Below, piece by piece: positions 44,374 to 54,476 of a stretch of 64,000 nt of DNA. The position numbers and the translations under genes are program-made. Below the pieces are notes generated by a model. That model was not told the DNA's origin. It did not search any database and was given only the letters and a program-made list of their open reading frames with translations. The DNA comes from Maridesulfovibrio sp. (lineage in GTDB: Bacteria; Desulfobacterota; Desulfovibrionia; Desulfovibrionales; Desulfovibrionaceae), in assembly GCF_965230075.1 (NCBI RefSeq), contig NZ_OZ245945.1, positions 2,959,462 to 3,023,461 of the forward strand, in the 5' to 3' direction. Each line of letters starts with the position of its first letter. Within the stretch, counting starts at the first letter, position 1.

Positions 44374-45744
44374 TTAGAACAACGGCTGACTTGAAAAAGT
44401 TATATACTCCAGATCACGAACACTTTTTGAGACAAGGTAATAAGAGAACATCAAGGCGATGAAGCATGAATAGCAATAGCCATAACCATAAAAAGTGAAA
44501 CCAAGCTGCATGCTCAGCCATGTCAGCCCCACATTGCTCAGCAGAAAAACAATGGTCACAGCCAGCACTTCTTTACGCAGATCAAAATAAAACAGGATGA
44601 TTACGGCCACAGAAAGCATGACCTGCAACAGGGAGCCAACTAAGGCTATCTGTAAAAGAGGTTGCTGCAATGGAGAAAGACCTACCAGATCTACAAACTC
44701 AGGAGCCATGAAAATGCACAGCATGGTCAATGCCCCCTGCACAATCAGAATCTCACGCAAGCTTTCCTTAAGCATTCTGATCATGCCTTTCTTTTCCTGC
44801 AAAATACTGGAAAGGTCTTCCTTGGATATTATTTTCGCGAAATAGTCATGATAATGCTCATAGAACTTGGTTTCAATTTTAACCAAGAATATGGCCAATG
44901 TTGGAACAATAGTCAGATAAGCGAAGAAAATCGGCCCTTCATACATGTCATGGGTACGCAGGTAGGGCACCACCATTCTGGAATCCGGAGCAAACCAGAA
45001 CATGATTTTATCCACCCAGATAGCGAGGTTGAAGAACATGCCGATCAGTGCCAGCTCCCAGTATTTGAGAAAATATGAAAACATCTCTGAATCCCAGACC
45101 CTGCCCGGGGGAAACTCCGCAAGCAAGCGGGCCAAGAGCCAGAAAAAAATAACCGCCTGCCCACAGGTGTATCCCAGCAAATACCCCTCAAGACCAGCCA
45201 GAGGGTAAAGCAGAAATGCCCCGCCGACACTGCACGAAGTACCAACTGCGAAAGCCTGCACAATGGAACGGAAGTCTTTTACTGCGGAAAGAAAAATCAT
45301 GGTCAGCCAGATCATGGCCACAATAAGGAAAAGAATCACCGCAATGATCTTATAGGTGAAGGTCAACTCAAAGAACCAGATTCCGCCAACACCTATGATC
45401 CCCCCGGCAACCAGCACAATAACCGCACTGGTAAAAAAAGCAGTCAGGGTTATCTTCTCGTCCCCCAAATAAAAACGGTCCGCCAGATAGCGGGTCACCA
45501 CCAGTTGGATATAGCCCACGTAAATAAGGGTGAAGGCATAGACGTAAACAATGGTGGTCCGGAAAATATCCTGATCCATGCGGGAAAAACCGGAATAGGA
45601 ATAAAGCCCCAGCACAGCAAGGCAGAGCACACTCATCAACCACGGACCGGATGAAACCATTGCCGCGTAAAGGTAAGCTGAGACATCAGAAAGGAAGCTG
45701 TCCCCACGCAGCATTTTTCTCAGTTCAAATCCTATTCCAGCCAT
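44374..45744 (-). CDS. pelG: Pel polysaccharide export protein PelG (12-TM, MATE-like)
   Basis: The N-terminus MAGIGFELRKMLRGDSF... is characteristic of PelG. The protein is polytopic (456 aa) and follows pelF. Confidence 0.85.
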   Translation of the reverse strand: MAGIGFELRKMLRGDSFLSDVSAYLYAAMVSSGPWLMSVLCLAVLGLYSYSGFSRMDQDIFRTTIVYVYAFTLIYVGYIQLVVTRYLADRFYLGDEKITLTAFFTSAVIVLVAGGIIGVGGIWFFELTFTYKIIAVILFLIVAMIWLTMIFLSAVKDFRSIVQAFAVGTSCSVGGAFLLYPLAGLEGYLLGYTCGQAVIFFWLLARLLAEFPPGRVWDSEMFSYFLKYWELALIGMFFNLAIWVDKIMFWFAPDSRMVVPYLRTHDMYEGPIFFAYLTIVPTLAIFLVKIETKFYEHYHDYFAKIISKEDLSSILQEKKGMIRMLKESLREILIVQGALTMLCIFMAPEFVDLVGLSPLQQPLLQIALVGSLLQVMLSVAVIILFYFDLRKEVLAVTIVFLLSNVGLTWLSMQLGFTFYGYGYCYSCFIALMFSYYLVSKSVRDLEYITFSSQPLF

Positions 45745-45747
45745 ACT

Positions 45748-47265
45748 CTACTCCAGATCATCCATTGCCATGTAATCTTTGTAAATATTCAAATAAGTCT
45801 CATTAAGATCCGACTCTTTGTAAAAAGTCTTCACCCGCTCAATTCCCGCTTTAGACATCTTACTGCGCAGGATCGGACTGGTCAGAATTTTCAGGATAGC
45901 CTCCCCGGTGCTGACCGGGTCCGCAACCTTGGTCACAATTCCGGACGGACCAAGAGCCTGATCCGCCACAGTACGACCTTCCAGAAGTTCCCGGCAGGAC
46001 CCGACATCCGAAGCTACCGCGGGAACCCCGGCACAGTTTGCCTCCATAATGACCAAAGGCTGAGCCTCGCTGATACTGGTCAGCACAATAACATCAAGCT
46101 TGGGCAGGTAATCCGTAACCCGGACCTTTCCGGTAAATTCCACCACATCCTCAAGATGCAGAAGCCGCACAAGGTTTACGCACTCTTCGTAATACTCCTC
46201 ATCCTCTTCCGTAGGCCCCATGATGTAGACCTTGAGCTTATCGACCTTGATAGACACAATCTTGATGGCCCGCAGAAAAGTCTTCACATCCTTGATAGGC
46301 ACCACGCGACCCACAAAACCTACTGCAAATTCAGTCTGATTCATGTAGTCATGGTCTTCAGGTTTAAGTCCCAGAAAATTATCAAGACTGATGCCGTTGG
46401 GAATAATCCTGATCTTGTCCGGATCAGCCCCTTCCTGAATCTCAAGCTGGCGGTTCCCTTCGTAAAGGGTGTAGATCGCTGAAGAATAATCATAGCACAA
46501 CCGGGCCAGCTGCTCGAACATCCTGATCCAGAAAGTCTGGAACGCACCAAGCTTGCTCTCAATACGCATTCGCTCATCTTCCTTGCGGTAAACCCACTCG
46601 GCCTGCGAAATCTCGATTTTGCGTTCCTTAACATAAATGCCGTGCTCTGTGAGCAGCAGCGGGCGCCCGGTCATCACCCGGGCCACAACTCCAAGTAACC
46701 CCGCATAACCGGTAGAAATAGTATGATAAACCCGAGCCTTAGGCAGATCAATTGGGAGCATTTTAAAAATAGGCAGATGGGTAAAACGAAAAGTCCAGAA
46801 ATAATCGATAAATGACTCTTCATTACCCTCGGGCTTATAGCGCTCCACCAGCAAGTCCCAAGGCCTCTTGCCGTGCATAAGCTCAGAAATGGGGAACTTA
46901 CCATCGCGGAACAGCTCAACCATCTCCCTCATCATACTGATATCATTACGATCCATACGGTAATGAAATCTCCTGAGCTTCTCCATATCCTTTGCGGAAA
47001 TCCTCTTGAAGATGCTCCGGGACATTTCAATCGGGTCATGAAGGTAAACAATCTTAGGATCAACAAAATTTTCCGGTACTTCGTAACGGTATTCAGCCTT
47101 TTCCTTGGAAGAAGCCAGAATGCAGACCGCTGTAAAAGTCAACTCCGGCATACCTTTGATCAGGTTATGAATCCATGTGGAAACACCTCCGGCCACAAAG
47201 GGATAGGTACCTTCAAGAAGCAGGCAGACATCATATTGCTTATCCAAACTCATGGCCCACCTCAC
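45748..47265 (-). CDS. pelF: Pel glycosyltransferase PelF (GT4)
   Basis: YDVCLLLEGTYPFVAGGVSTWIHNLI is the PelF-type N-terminus. A GT4 C-terminal half is present (LTSISEAQPLVIMEA). Confidence 0.9.
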   Translation of the reverse strand: MRWAMSLDKQYDVCLLLEGTYPFVAGGVSTWIHNLIKGMPELTFTAVCILASSKEKAEYRYEVPENFVDPKIVYLHDPIEMSRSIFKRISAKDMEKLRRFHYRMDRNDISMMREMVELFRDGKFPISELMHGKRPWDLLVERYKPEGNEESFIDYFWTFRFTHLPIFKMLPIDLPKARVYHTISTGYAGLLGVVARVMTGRPLLLTEHGIYVKERKIEISQAEWVYRKEDERMRIESKLGAFQTFWIRMFEQLARLCYDYSSAIYTLYEGNRQLEIQEGADPDKIRIIPNGISLDNFLGLKPEDHDYMNQTEFAVGFVGRVVPIKDVKTFLRAIKIVSIKVDKLKVYIMGPTEEDEEYYEECVNLVRLLHLEDVVEFTGKVRVTDYLPKLDVIVLTSISEAQPLVIMEANCAGVPAVASDVGSCRELLEGRTVADQALGPSGIVTKVADPVSTGEAILKILTSPILRSKMSKAGIERVKTFYKESDLNETYLNIYKDYMAMDDLE

Positions 47266-48349
47266 TGAAATCCGCTTCTTTCCCTTCTTCGCCGGACAAG
47301 TTTTTTTCCTTCCAGAAATTGTAGATCAAAGACTTAAAAGGATCGGAAGACTGCAAGTCCGGACGTGCCCGCAACTGCTCAACTTCTTGAAACAATGCTA
47401 TAAAATTACCCATTTCAAAAAAAGTCCTACAAATCCCGAGACGTGATTCCATTTCAAGCTCCGGATCCTTCATTGTCTCACGGTAAATATGCAGCGCTTC
47501 ACTGAAGCTTTTGCTCTCAACGTATGATTCTGCAAGCCGCATCAGGTAATCCTTATTCTCCTGATCCTTTTCAACCGCTTTTCGCCAATGCTCACAGGAA
47601 AAGCCCATGGAACGTTCCTGCATATTAACTTCCGGCAATCCGCTGCGGGCATAGTTGCGATAGACGGAGGCAAGTTCAGCATGAGACTGTGCACTGTCAT
47701 ATTTGTCCGCACGGAAGCGGGCCTTTTCCACAGCGTCCGCATAATCCTCTTCAAGCCTGGTCAAAGCTGTATGGGCATAAAAGCGAACCTCAGCACTTTC
47801 ATCGGAAAGGCTTTTGCGCAGCAACTTTACGGCCTCAGCAGAGCCGATACGGCGCAACAAATTAACCGCCCCCCGCTTCATCTCCATATCATCCCCGGTC
47901 AAAATATCCGCAATGGGATGTACATCTACTTCATCATATAAAAATTCAGTAATATCAGTGGGCAGGTCCACATCAACCCCGACGCCCTCGTAAGCCTTTT
48001 CTTTATAATCCTCGGCCAGCCCGAAACTTTTCATGAAAACACGGGACATAAGCAAAGTCAGAGTTATCCCCAGCAAACCGATCAAGGGCATGAAAATGCT
48101 AAAGAGGGCCGCCACACGCGGATAATAAAAAGCCATTCCGGGCAGGGCACGCGGTTTGGGTGTGGTAAGAACAATAAAGGACAAGCCGGAGAAAATATGA
48201 GCAGCAATTGCAGCGTAGACGTACCAGGAGACGGCTTCCCTGTTCAGGTAAAACCAGACAGCTCCACCTTCAAACATATAGGAAACAGCAAAGGCTCCCA
48301 GCAGACGCAATCGCGCCAGTTTGATTACTTTACTCCGCAAAAAGTACAC
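47240..48349 (-). CDS. pelE: PelE-like inner-membrane TPR/HEAT protein
   Basis: N-terminal TM helices followed by HEAT/TPR-like repeats (AVKLLRKSLSDESAEVRFYA ...). It sits between pelD and pelF and overlaps both neighbours. Confidence 0.7.
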   Translation of the reverse strand: MYFLRSKVIKLARLRLLGAFAVSYMFEGGAVWFYLNREAVSWYVYAAIAAHIFSGLSFIVLTTPKPRALPGMAFYYPRVAALFSIFMPLIGLLGITLTLLMSRVFMKSFGLAEDYKEKAYEGVGVDVDLPTDITEFLYDEVDVHPIADILTGDDMEMKRGAVNLLRRIGSAEAVKLLRKSLSDESAEVRFYAHTALTRLEEDYADAVEKARFRADKYDSAQSHAELASVYRNYARSGLPEVNMQERSMGFSCEHWRKAVEKDQENKDYLMRLAESYVESKSFSEALHIYRETMKDPELEMESRLGICRTFFEMGNFIALFQEVEQLRARPDLQSSDPFKSLIYNFWKEKNLSGEEGKEADFSEVGHEFG

Positions 48350-49769
48350 TAACCATGTCCTCTTTTACATTCTTGACCAGTTCCTCAGGGTCTTCCATGC
48401 CCAGAGTATATCCGGCCACCCCGGCACGAAGTTCAACAAGGTTCTGGTCTGTTTCAAAAGCCATGACGCTGAGTGCCTTGAAAGAACTCAACAGGTTATT
48501 AACTACTACCCGCGCTCCTGCTGCAGGTGTAGTCGGGAGAATTAAGTAAAAAGACCCCGGTTCATCACTTATAAACAGGATATCAATTTCACGAATCTGA
48601 TTTTTAAGGATCATACTGAAAGCCATAAGAACTTCATCACGGCCTTCGTCTGAAGCATTGGAAAGGCCCGGAAATTCGAGCATGATCAACGACAGGTCCA
48701 GCTCATATCGACGTGCTCTTACAAACTCTTCGCGCAGCCTGCGCAAAAAATAATCAAAAGTGTAAGCATCAGTAATTTCATCAGCGATAAGCTTATCTTT
48801 GGTTTCCGCAAAAACAGTGGCATTCTCAACACTGCTACCGCACCAGTCTGCAACCAGTCCGGCTACACGCACGGAATCGCTGGTGAATTTAAGGAAAGGC
48901 ATCTTCTCAACATTTAAGACCCCGACCACATGCTGGTGGTTATCAGCCATAATGGGGGCGGAGATGACAATACCGCTGGGCATGCTCTCGGTGCTGGCAA
49001 TATCCCTGATGGAAACAGCTTTCTTCTGAGCAGCAGCAATGCTCATCAGGCTTTCGCCCCAAGGGACCACTTCGGGCAGATAACTCTTGCCCTGCCGCAA
49101 AGCGGTATCAAGCCTGAACTCAGTTCCGTCCAGCAAATAAATGGAACATTCCTCCACATCCATAAACTCGCGCAAAATTTCCAGTACTGCCGGATAAATG
49201 CTGTCCATGCTCAAAGTACGCAGTCCCTGCGCGGCTTCATAAAGAGTACCCAAGGTACTTTCCTGCGAAAGAATCTTGCTGTCCAATTCCTGCTTGGCTT
49301 CGCTCAGGATGTCATACTTGACTTTGATCTTGTCAAAAGCATCGTGAAAGGCGTCCCTTTCTTCGCAGACACCATTGTATTCCTTAATATGCAGCTGACG
49401 AGTCTCGCCGAGCACAATCCCCACCAGAAAAAAAAGGATGGGTTTACCCCACATGGCAAGACTCCTGAAATCAATCAGTTCAATATCAGGAATGGACAGG
49501 CTTTTGAAAACTACGAAAAAGATTGCAGCCATAATTCCGGAAAAAAGCCCTCCGGCAAATCCATAGCGGGAAGCTGTCAGCAACACCACGATCCAGTATG
49601 GATGTGGTGAAACAGAAATGAATCCCGGATCCTGCCGAAAAAAAATAAGGTTGGCCGCAGTTATAGCGATCAATCCGAGCATGACTTCATAATACTTTGA
49701 AAGCTTATATTTCTTGGCTGCTGCTTTGACTTTAAACATATTCACCGGCCTGAATATTTTCAATTGCAT
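48330..49769 (-). CDS. pelD: PelD-like c-di-GMP receptor (TM, GAF, degenerate GGDEF)
   Basis: Four N-terminal TM helices, a GAF-like middle and a GGDEF-fold-like C-terminus without a GGDEF motif. Its ATG overlaps the upstream stop (TAATG). Confidence 0.75.
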   Translation of the reverse strand: MQLKIFRPVNMFKVKAAAKKYKLSKYYEVMLGLIAITAANLIFFRQDPGFISVSPHPYWIVVLLTASRYGFAGGLFSGIMAAIFFVVFKSLSIPDIELIDFRSLAMWGKPILFFLVGIVLGETRQLHIKEYNGVCEERDAFHDAFDKIKVKYDILSEAKQELDSKILSQESTLGTLYEAAQGLRTLSMDSIYPAVLEILREFMDVEECSIYLLDGTEFRLDTALRQGKSYLPEVVPWGESLMSIAAAQKKAVSIRDIASTESMPSGIVISAPIMADNHQHVVGVLNVEKMPFLKFTSDSVRVAGLVADWCGSSVENATVFAETKDKLIADEITDAYTFDYFLRRLREEFVRARRYELDLSLIMLEFPGLSNASDEGRDEVLMAFSMILKNQIREIDILFISDEPGSFYLILPTTPAAGARVVVNNLLSSFKALSVMAFETDQNLVELRAGVAGYTLGMEDPEELVKNVKEDMVSVLFAE

Positions 49770-51643
49770 TAGAAAACATAACCGATCCCCCCGCTGAACA
49801 ACTGGGTTTCCCCGCCTCCGGCAAGGCCGGAATCACTGCTGTATTCATAACTGAGATCCAATTCGATCCTACCCAGCCTGATAGCCAGTGAAGGACTGCC
49901 AAAATAGCTCGGACTGTTCTTGAATTCATCAAGCCTGATCCCACCCGCAGCCTGAAAGACAATAGTGTCACAAATTGACTTACTGAAACTTGCACTCAAG
50001 GTGTGGATGCTCTCATCTTCAACAACAACGAAGGGCTGATAATTTTCATCATCATACTTGAACAGGGAACGATAAAATGAATACGAGATGAACAGATCAG
50101 GGTCGGCAAGAAGCCTGCGAGTGAGGATAATATTGTAAATTCCCTTGTTTCCGAAATCTCGGTCACCAAGCTGATACTGACGCAATTGACCGTTGAGGAA
50201 CAATCCCCAAGTATCATCGTAAAAACCATCATAGGTCAGGGAAAGCTGATTGTAGTGCCCTTCGTAGTTGGCAGCGGAAGGCTCATCAAGCCACGGATTG
50301 TTGTAATCAATCATGGCAGAAAATGTTCCGGGATCATGAATCCGCCAATCAAAGCCAAGAGCACCGGAGACTCCCGAAGCAGTTCCCTCAAAAGCACCCA
50401 CCCCCACAATACCGGTGAAGGTACGGGTAAAATCGCGCTTCAGCAGAAGTGCAGCCTGATTCACATTCTTATCGATCTTCTCAATTCCATCCCCTTCAGG
50501 TCGATAGATGCGAGTGTTGGCGTAATAAATTTCCCCTCTGGTCTGATCAGTAATCTGCATAGAGAAAAGACCACCCAGAGTGGTCGTTATAGATTCATCT
50601 GATTGCAGGTAAACACTGGGGGTAAGCACCAGACGCGGTCTGCGTTGCATAAGGAGATTGGAAAGAGCCTGCCGTGCTTCGTAATTGTACGGCTCAGCAT
50701 CGATAAGCTGGGAAAAGCTCTCAATGGCTCCCAACCAATCCCCACCCTGCTGGGTGCTGTAAGCCTTGGCAGATATAGAGTCCGTATCACCGGGCCGCAG
50801 CCGCAACAGATAATCAAGGGTATCAATCTGTACAGAATAATCCCCGGCCAGCAAGCGCAGTCTTGCTTCCTGCCTTAAAGCACGTGGGGACTGAGGATCA
50901 AGGTAAAGCCAGCGACGCAGCAAGGCCTCGGCCTTTTCCGTCTCATTATTATCGATAAGTGCGCCGATATACTCTTCGCGCAGCTCCAGATCATCAGGGT
51001 AAATCTTAAGCAGCTTGGCATAAAGCCTGATTCCGTCTTCCACATAACCGCGGCGGATCATGATCCGGGCAAGAATTACATTCTGCTGCCTATGGCCTGT
51101 GGCACGCAGCACATCGCGCTGGCCCAGTTCATAAAAAAGTGATTCCGGAGCACCAAGCAACTTGGCCTTGGGTGTCAGGGTCTCCTCTGCATCTGCTGTA
51201 GTCGGCTCAGCAACCTTTCCTGCCAGATCTGTGGGCCGTGGCGGCAGCGGAGTTCTGCGGGAATCCAAAGTCCGCTCTTCCAACATAGCCAAAGGCATGG
51301 AACGGATCATATAATCAAGTTTGACTTTCTTCTTGAAAAGACGTCCGGCAACCCGGGCCTGACTCCGGGTGGGGTAATCACCTATCTGGACCACCCTCCA
51401 GCCCTTACCCTGACCATCGTAAAGATAAACCATGACCGGGGAATAGCCTTCGCTTTTCAGGTAAGACATGAAATTCCATGCTGCATCAGCTTCCTGAAAA
51501 GAACTGACCCTGACCGTCCAGATAAGTTCATTCTTCTCTTCAACAGGCACAGCAGTAGTGTCCTCCGCCCGGAGCGGAGTTCCATGCATGACCGGTAGCA
51601 GTACCGTCATCAAAAGAAAAAACAAAACAACTGTCTTCTTCAA
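49769..51643 (-). CDS. SPOR-domain / TPR / C-terminal beta-barrel outer-membrane protein (PelB porin-half equivalent)
   Basis: Signal peptide. A SPOR-like unit (WTVRVSSFQEADAAWNFMSYLKSEGY...GWRVVQIGDYPTRSQARVAGRL), then TPRs and an alternating-residue beta-rich C-terminus ending ...GGIGYVF. Confidence 0.65.
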   Translation of the reverse strand: MKKTVVLFFLLMTVLLPVMHGTPLRAEDTTAVPVEEKNELIWTVRVSSFQEADAAWNFMSYLKSEGYSPVMVYLYDGQGKGWRVVQIGDYPTRSQARVAGRLFKKKVKLDYMIRSMPLAMLEERTLDSRRTPLPPRPTDLAGKVAEPTTADAEETLTPKAKLLGAPESLFYELGQRDVLRATGHRQQNVILARIMIRRGYVEDGIRLYAKLLKIYPDDLELREEYIGALIDNNETEKAEALLRRWLYLDPQSPRALRQEARLRLLAGDYSVQIDTLDYLLRLRPGDTDSISAKAYSTQQGGDWLGAIESFSQLIDAEPYNYEARQALSNLLMQRRPRLVLTPSVYLQSDESITTTLGGLFSMQITDQTRGEIYYANTRIYRPEGDGIEKIDKNVNQAALLLKRDFTRTFTGIVGVGAFEGTASGVSGALGFDWRIHDPGTFSAMIDYNNPWLDEPSAANYEGHYNQLSLTYDGFYDDTWGLFLNGQLRQYQLGDRDFGNKGIYNIILTRRLLADPDLFISYSFYRSLFKYDDENYQPFVVVEDESIHTLSASFSKSICDTIVFQAAGGIRLDEFKNSPSYFGSPSLAIRLGRIELDLSYEYSSDSGLAGGGETQLFSGGIGYVF

Positions 51644-51647
51644 ATCA

Positions 51648-54476
51648 TTACCTGTTGATCTTCTTTAAATCTTTATTTTCAACATTTTTCCGGCCTTCCC
51701 TGCGGATAACACGAGCCGCGCGCTTGAATTCACGGGCAGCATCATTTTCCCGGCCCATAAGCTGGTATATTTCACCCAGCTGGTAACGTCCTTCAGCATC
51801 ATTGGGAACTAACCTTAAGTATTTTCGCAACTTCGCTGCTGCACGTTTGTATTGTTCCCGTTCCCCAAGAATAATACCAAGTCCCTTAAGAGAGGTATGA
51901 TTTTCAGGGTTAATCTTGAGGGCGGCCTGAAAAAGGTCATAGGCATCGGTCTGGAAATTATTAAACAAGGCTTCCGCACCCAGCCGAGCCAAAAAGACTT
52001 CGTCTTTATTGTACTCTTTTTTCAACCTTTTATAAACATCGGAAGCCTCAGTTCCACGCCCGGCCATCTGCAATGCAGAAGTAAGTAAAAACCCTTCAAA
52101 ACGGGGCATTTTTTCCAAACGTTCATAGGGTTCCAAAATCCGCAGGGCAGCTTCCGGTTCACGCGCATCAAGATATGCCCGGGCCAGCTCTACCCGCTCA
52201 GCTTCAGGCAGCTTTCCAGCAGCCTGCAATTCTTTAAAAATCCTGATCTGTTCAGCAGAATTTCCCGCAAATCCGTAAACCTTTGCGAGGTCCAGTTTCA
52301 GCTCATAATCACGGGGCTTAAGACTAATGGCCCGTTCATAGTAGTCCGCTGATTTTTGATACTCCCCGGCATCAGACCAAGCCTTGCCCGCCCGTTTAGC
52401 AAAATCAAAATTGCCCGGTGATTCATCAGAAATTTCTGCATAAAGCTTTGCGGCCACAGCAGGACGCGCGGTCCACTCAGCCAGTCTTGCGAGAGTTTCC
52501 CGGATTTCCTTGCGCTTGTAATCACGCGAATACAGTTCATCGTAAATACGGTAAGCTTCTTCGCTGAGCCCGGCCTGATCAGCGAAATCCGCCCACTTAT
52601 ACAAAATATCAAGATTCTTCGCGCTCTGACCTGCAAATTGGGCTATGAGCAACTCAGCTTTTACACTGTCCCCGGCAGCAGCCCAGACCGCCGCAGCCAA
52701 CAAGGCAACCTGTTCATCATCCGGACGCAGCCTGATGGCAGTCTCAGCAGCATCACGAAAAATAGTTTTATCTCCGGTGTAGGATGCAATCTGGATAAGA
52801 TTCATGACATATTCACGATTGCCCCCGGTCATGATCGCAGCCTTTTTGTAATAAGGATAACCGTCTTTGGGTGAATTCAGCCAAAGCATGATTTCCCCGG
52901 CCTGAGCGATGACCAGCACATCCTTTGGAGCGATCTTTTCCGCATACTTTGCAGCCTGCTTCGCCAGCTTCAAATCCTGAGTTTCCGAAGCAGCCAGCAA
53001 CATATCAAGAATATCCTGCTGCTCCTGCTCACGTTTCAGCAACTGGCGATAAATGCGGTAAGCTTTGTAAGGCTGATTAACATTTCGATACGCAGCCCCG
53101 GCAGTTCGCATGATGTTTATATCATTAGGAAAGACCTTAAGGGCGAGCCCCACGGTCTCAGCCAGTAACTTGTTATCTGCTGTGGTTGCGGCAGCATCAA
53201 TAAGCCGCTGATAGTCATCCAGAGTAGCATCGGGACTATCTACCACCCTGCGTAAGGCATCATAGGCTTCGCGCGGACGTTCAAGGGTCAGCAGTAATGC
53301 CCCGCGGGTACGCAGGTAATCAGGCTCGGAAAGATCAACATCCTTGGTATCTTCAACAACCTCGGCCATAAGTGCCCGGTCTTCACTAAACAAGGCCGCC
53401 CGAAGCATATCATGGGCATAAACAAGCCAATTGCCGACCCGCTCCGCCAGCCTGCGGAACAGATTTACAGCTTTGCGATGATTTCCGGTTTCCATATAAA
53501 CTGCGCCCAAAGCCTGCTGGTGGGCTTGGTTGTCCGGTTCAACTTCAACCAGTTTTTCCAGAACCAATTGCGCAAGGTCCTGCCTATCAGCAGCTCGGGC
53601 CATCCAAGCGGTTTCAGTCAGTAAAGCAATATTTTCCGGACTTTCTTTCAGCAATCTTTCAGCAATACTCAGAGCCTTATCATAATTACCTGACCAGCCC
53701 AGTACTTTGACCAACTGCACCCTGCTGTCCACATCCAACCCGGCTTTGCTGTCCATGCGCTCAGCATACTCATACCCTTCTTCAACCCGGTTTACAGCAG
53801 TGAAATATTCGAGGACATAAAGCACATACTGCAGCACATCGGCTTCATCACCATCTGAAACTGCCACTTTGAAACGCTCGCCAACTATGAAGATACGCTG
53901 GATCAGAAAATTGAGATACGGATCATCCATATTTTGAGCATGCTCACGACCCAACCGCTCGATTTCATCATTAAGCACTGACATGAAGTCACCGATGAAC
54001 GGCCTTTTACTCTGCTGTTTATTAAGCTTAATTACGGCATCCACTTCCTGCGGAATCATATTGAAATAGCGGTAATACATTACCATTTGCTCCAGAGGCT
54101 TCATCTTCTCCGGTTCAAGCATCGAAAGTTTCTCCCAAGTATGCAGGGCTTCACGGGGCATGACATTCCACTCGTAGACCTGTACCAGCTTCCGCAATTC
54201 AGGAATGCGATTCGGTTTCTGCTTTAAAATTTCCTCAAGACTGGCAATGGCCTTATCCGGCATCCCCCTCTTAAGATAAACATCCGCCGCGATGTCTAAT
54301 AATCTTAAATCATAAGGGTCTTCTTCAAGAAGCTCACTAAGCAGGTCCGCAGCTTTGGATATTTCACCGCTCCGCAAGTACAACGGGACCATATCCCTCG
54401 GAAAGGGATAGATAAGTACGGTCGTCCCGATTATGATGAGTACGAAAACGAGTACCCGCCAGAGCTTTATGTTCAA
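51648..54476 (-). CDS. pelB: PelB-like TPR scaffold protein (N-terminal TM anchor plus ~900 aa of TPR repeats)
   Basis: A single N-terminal TM segment and TPR-type A/L/Y periodicity throughout. It lies in the pel operon, and a 4-nt overlap (ATGA) links it to the upstream gene. Confidence 0.7.
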   Translation of the reverse strand: MNIKLWRVLVFVLIIIGTTVLIYPFPRDMVPLYLRSGEISKAADLLSELLEEDPYDLRLLDIAADVYLKRGMPDKAIASLEEILKQKPNRIPELRKLVQVYEWNVMPREALHTWEKLSMLEPEKMKPLEQMVMYYRYFNMIPQEVDAVIKLNKQQSKRPFIGDFMSVLNDEIERLGREHAQNMDDPYLNFLIQRIFIVGERFKVAVSDGDEADVLQYVLYVLEYFTAVNRVEEGYEYAERMDSKAGLDVDSRVQLVKVLGWSGNYDKALSIAERLLKESPENIALLTETAWMARAADRQDLAQLVLEKLVEVEPDNQAHQQALGAVYMETGNHRKAVNLFRRLAERVGNWLVYAHDMLRAALFSEDRALMAEVVEDTKDVDLSEPDYLRTRGALLLTLERPREAYDALRRVVDSPDATLDDYQRLIDAAATTADNKLLAETVGLALKVFPNDINIMRTAGAAYRNVNQPYKAYRIYRQLLKREQEQQDILDMLLAASETQDLKLAKQAAKYAEKIAPKDVLVIAQAGEIMLWLNSPKDGYPYYKKAAIMTGGNREYVMNLIQIASYTGDKTIFRDAAETAIRLRPDDEQVALLAAAVWAAAGDSVKAELLIAQFAGQSAKNLDILYKWADFADQAGLSEEAYRIYDELYSRDYKRKEIRETLARLAEWTARPAVAAKLYAEISDESPGNFDFAKRAGKAWSDAGEYQKSADYYERAISLKPRDYELKLDLAKVYGFAGNSAEQIRIFKELQAAGKLPEAERVELARAYLDAREPEAALRILEPYERLEKMPRFEGFLLTSALQMAGRGTEASDVYKRLKKEYNKDEVFLARLGAEALFNNFQTDAYDLFQAALKINPENHTSLKGLGIILGEREQYKRAAAKLRKYLRLVPNDAEGRYQLGEIYQLMGRENDAAREFKRAARVIRREGRKNVENKDLKKINR

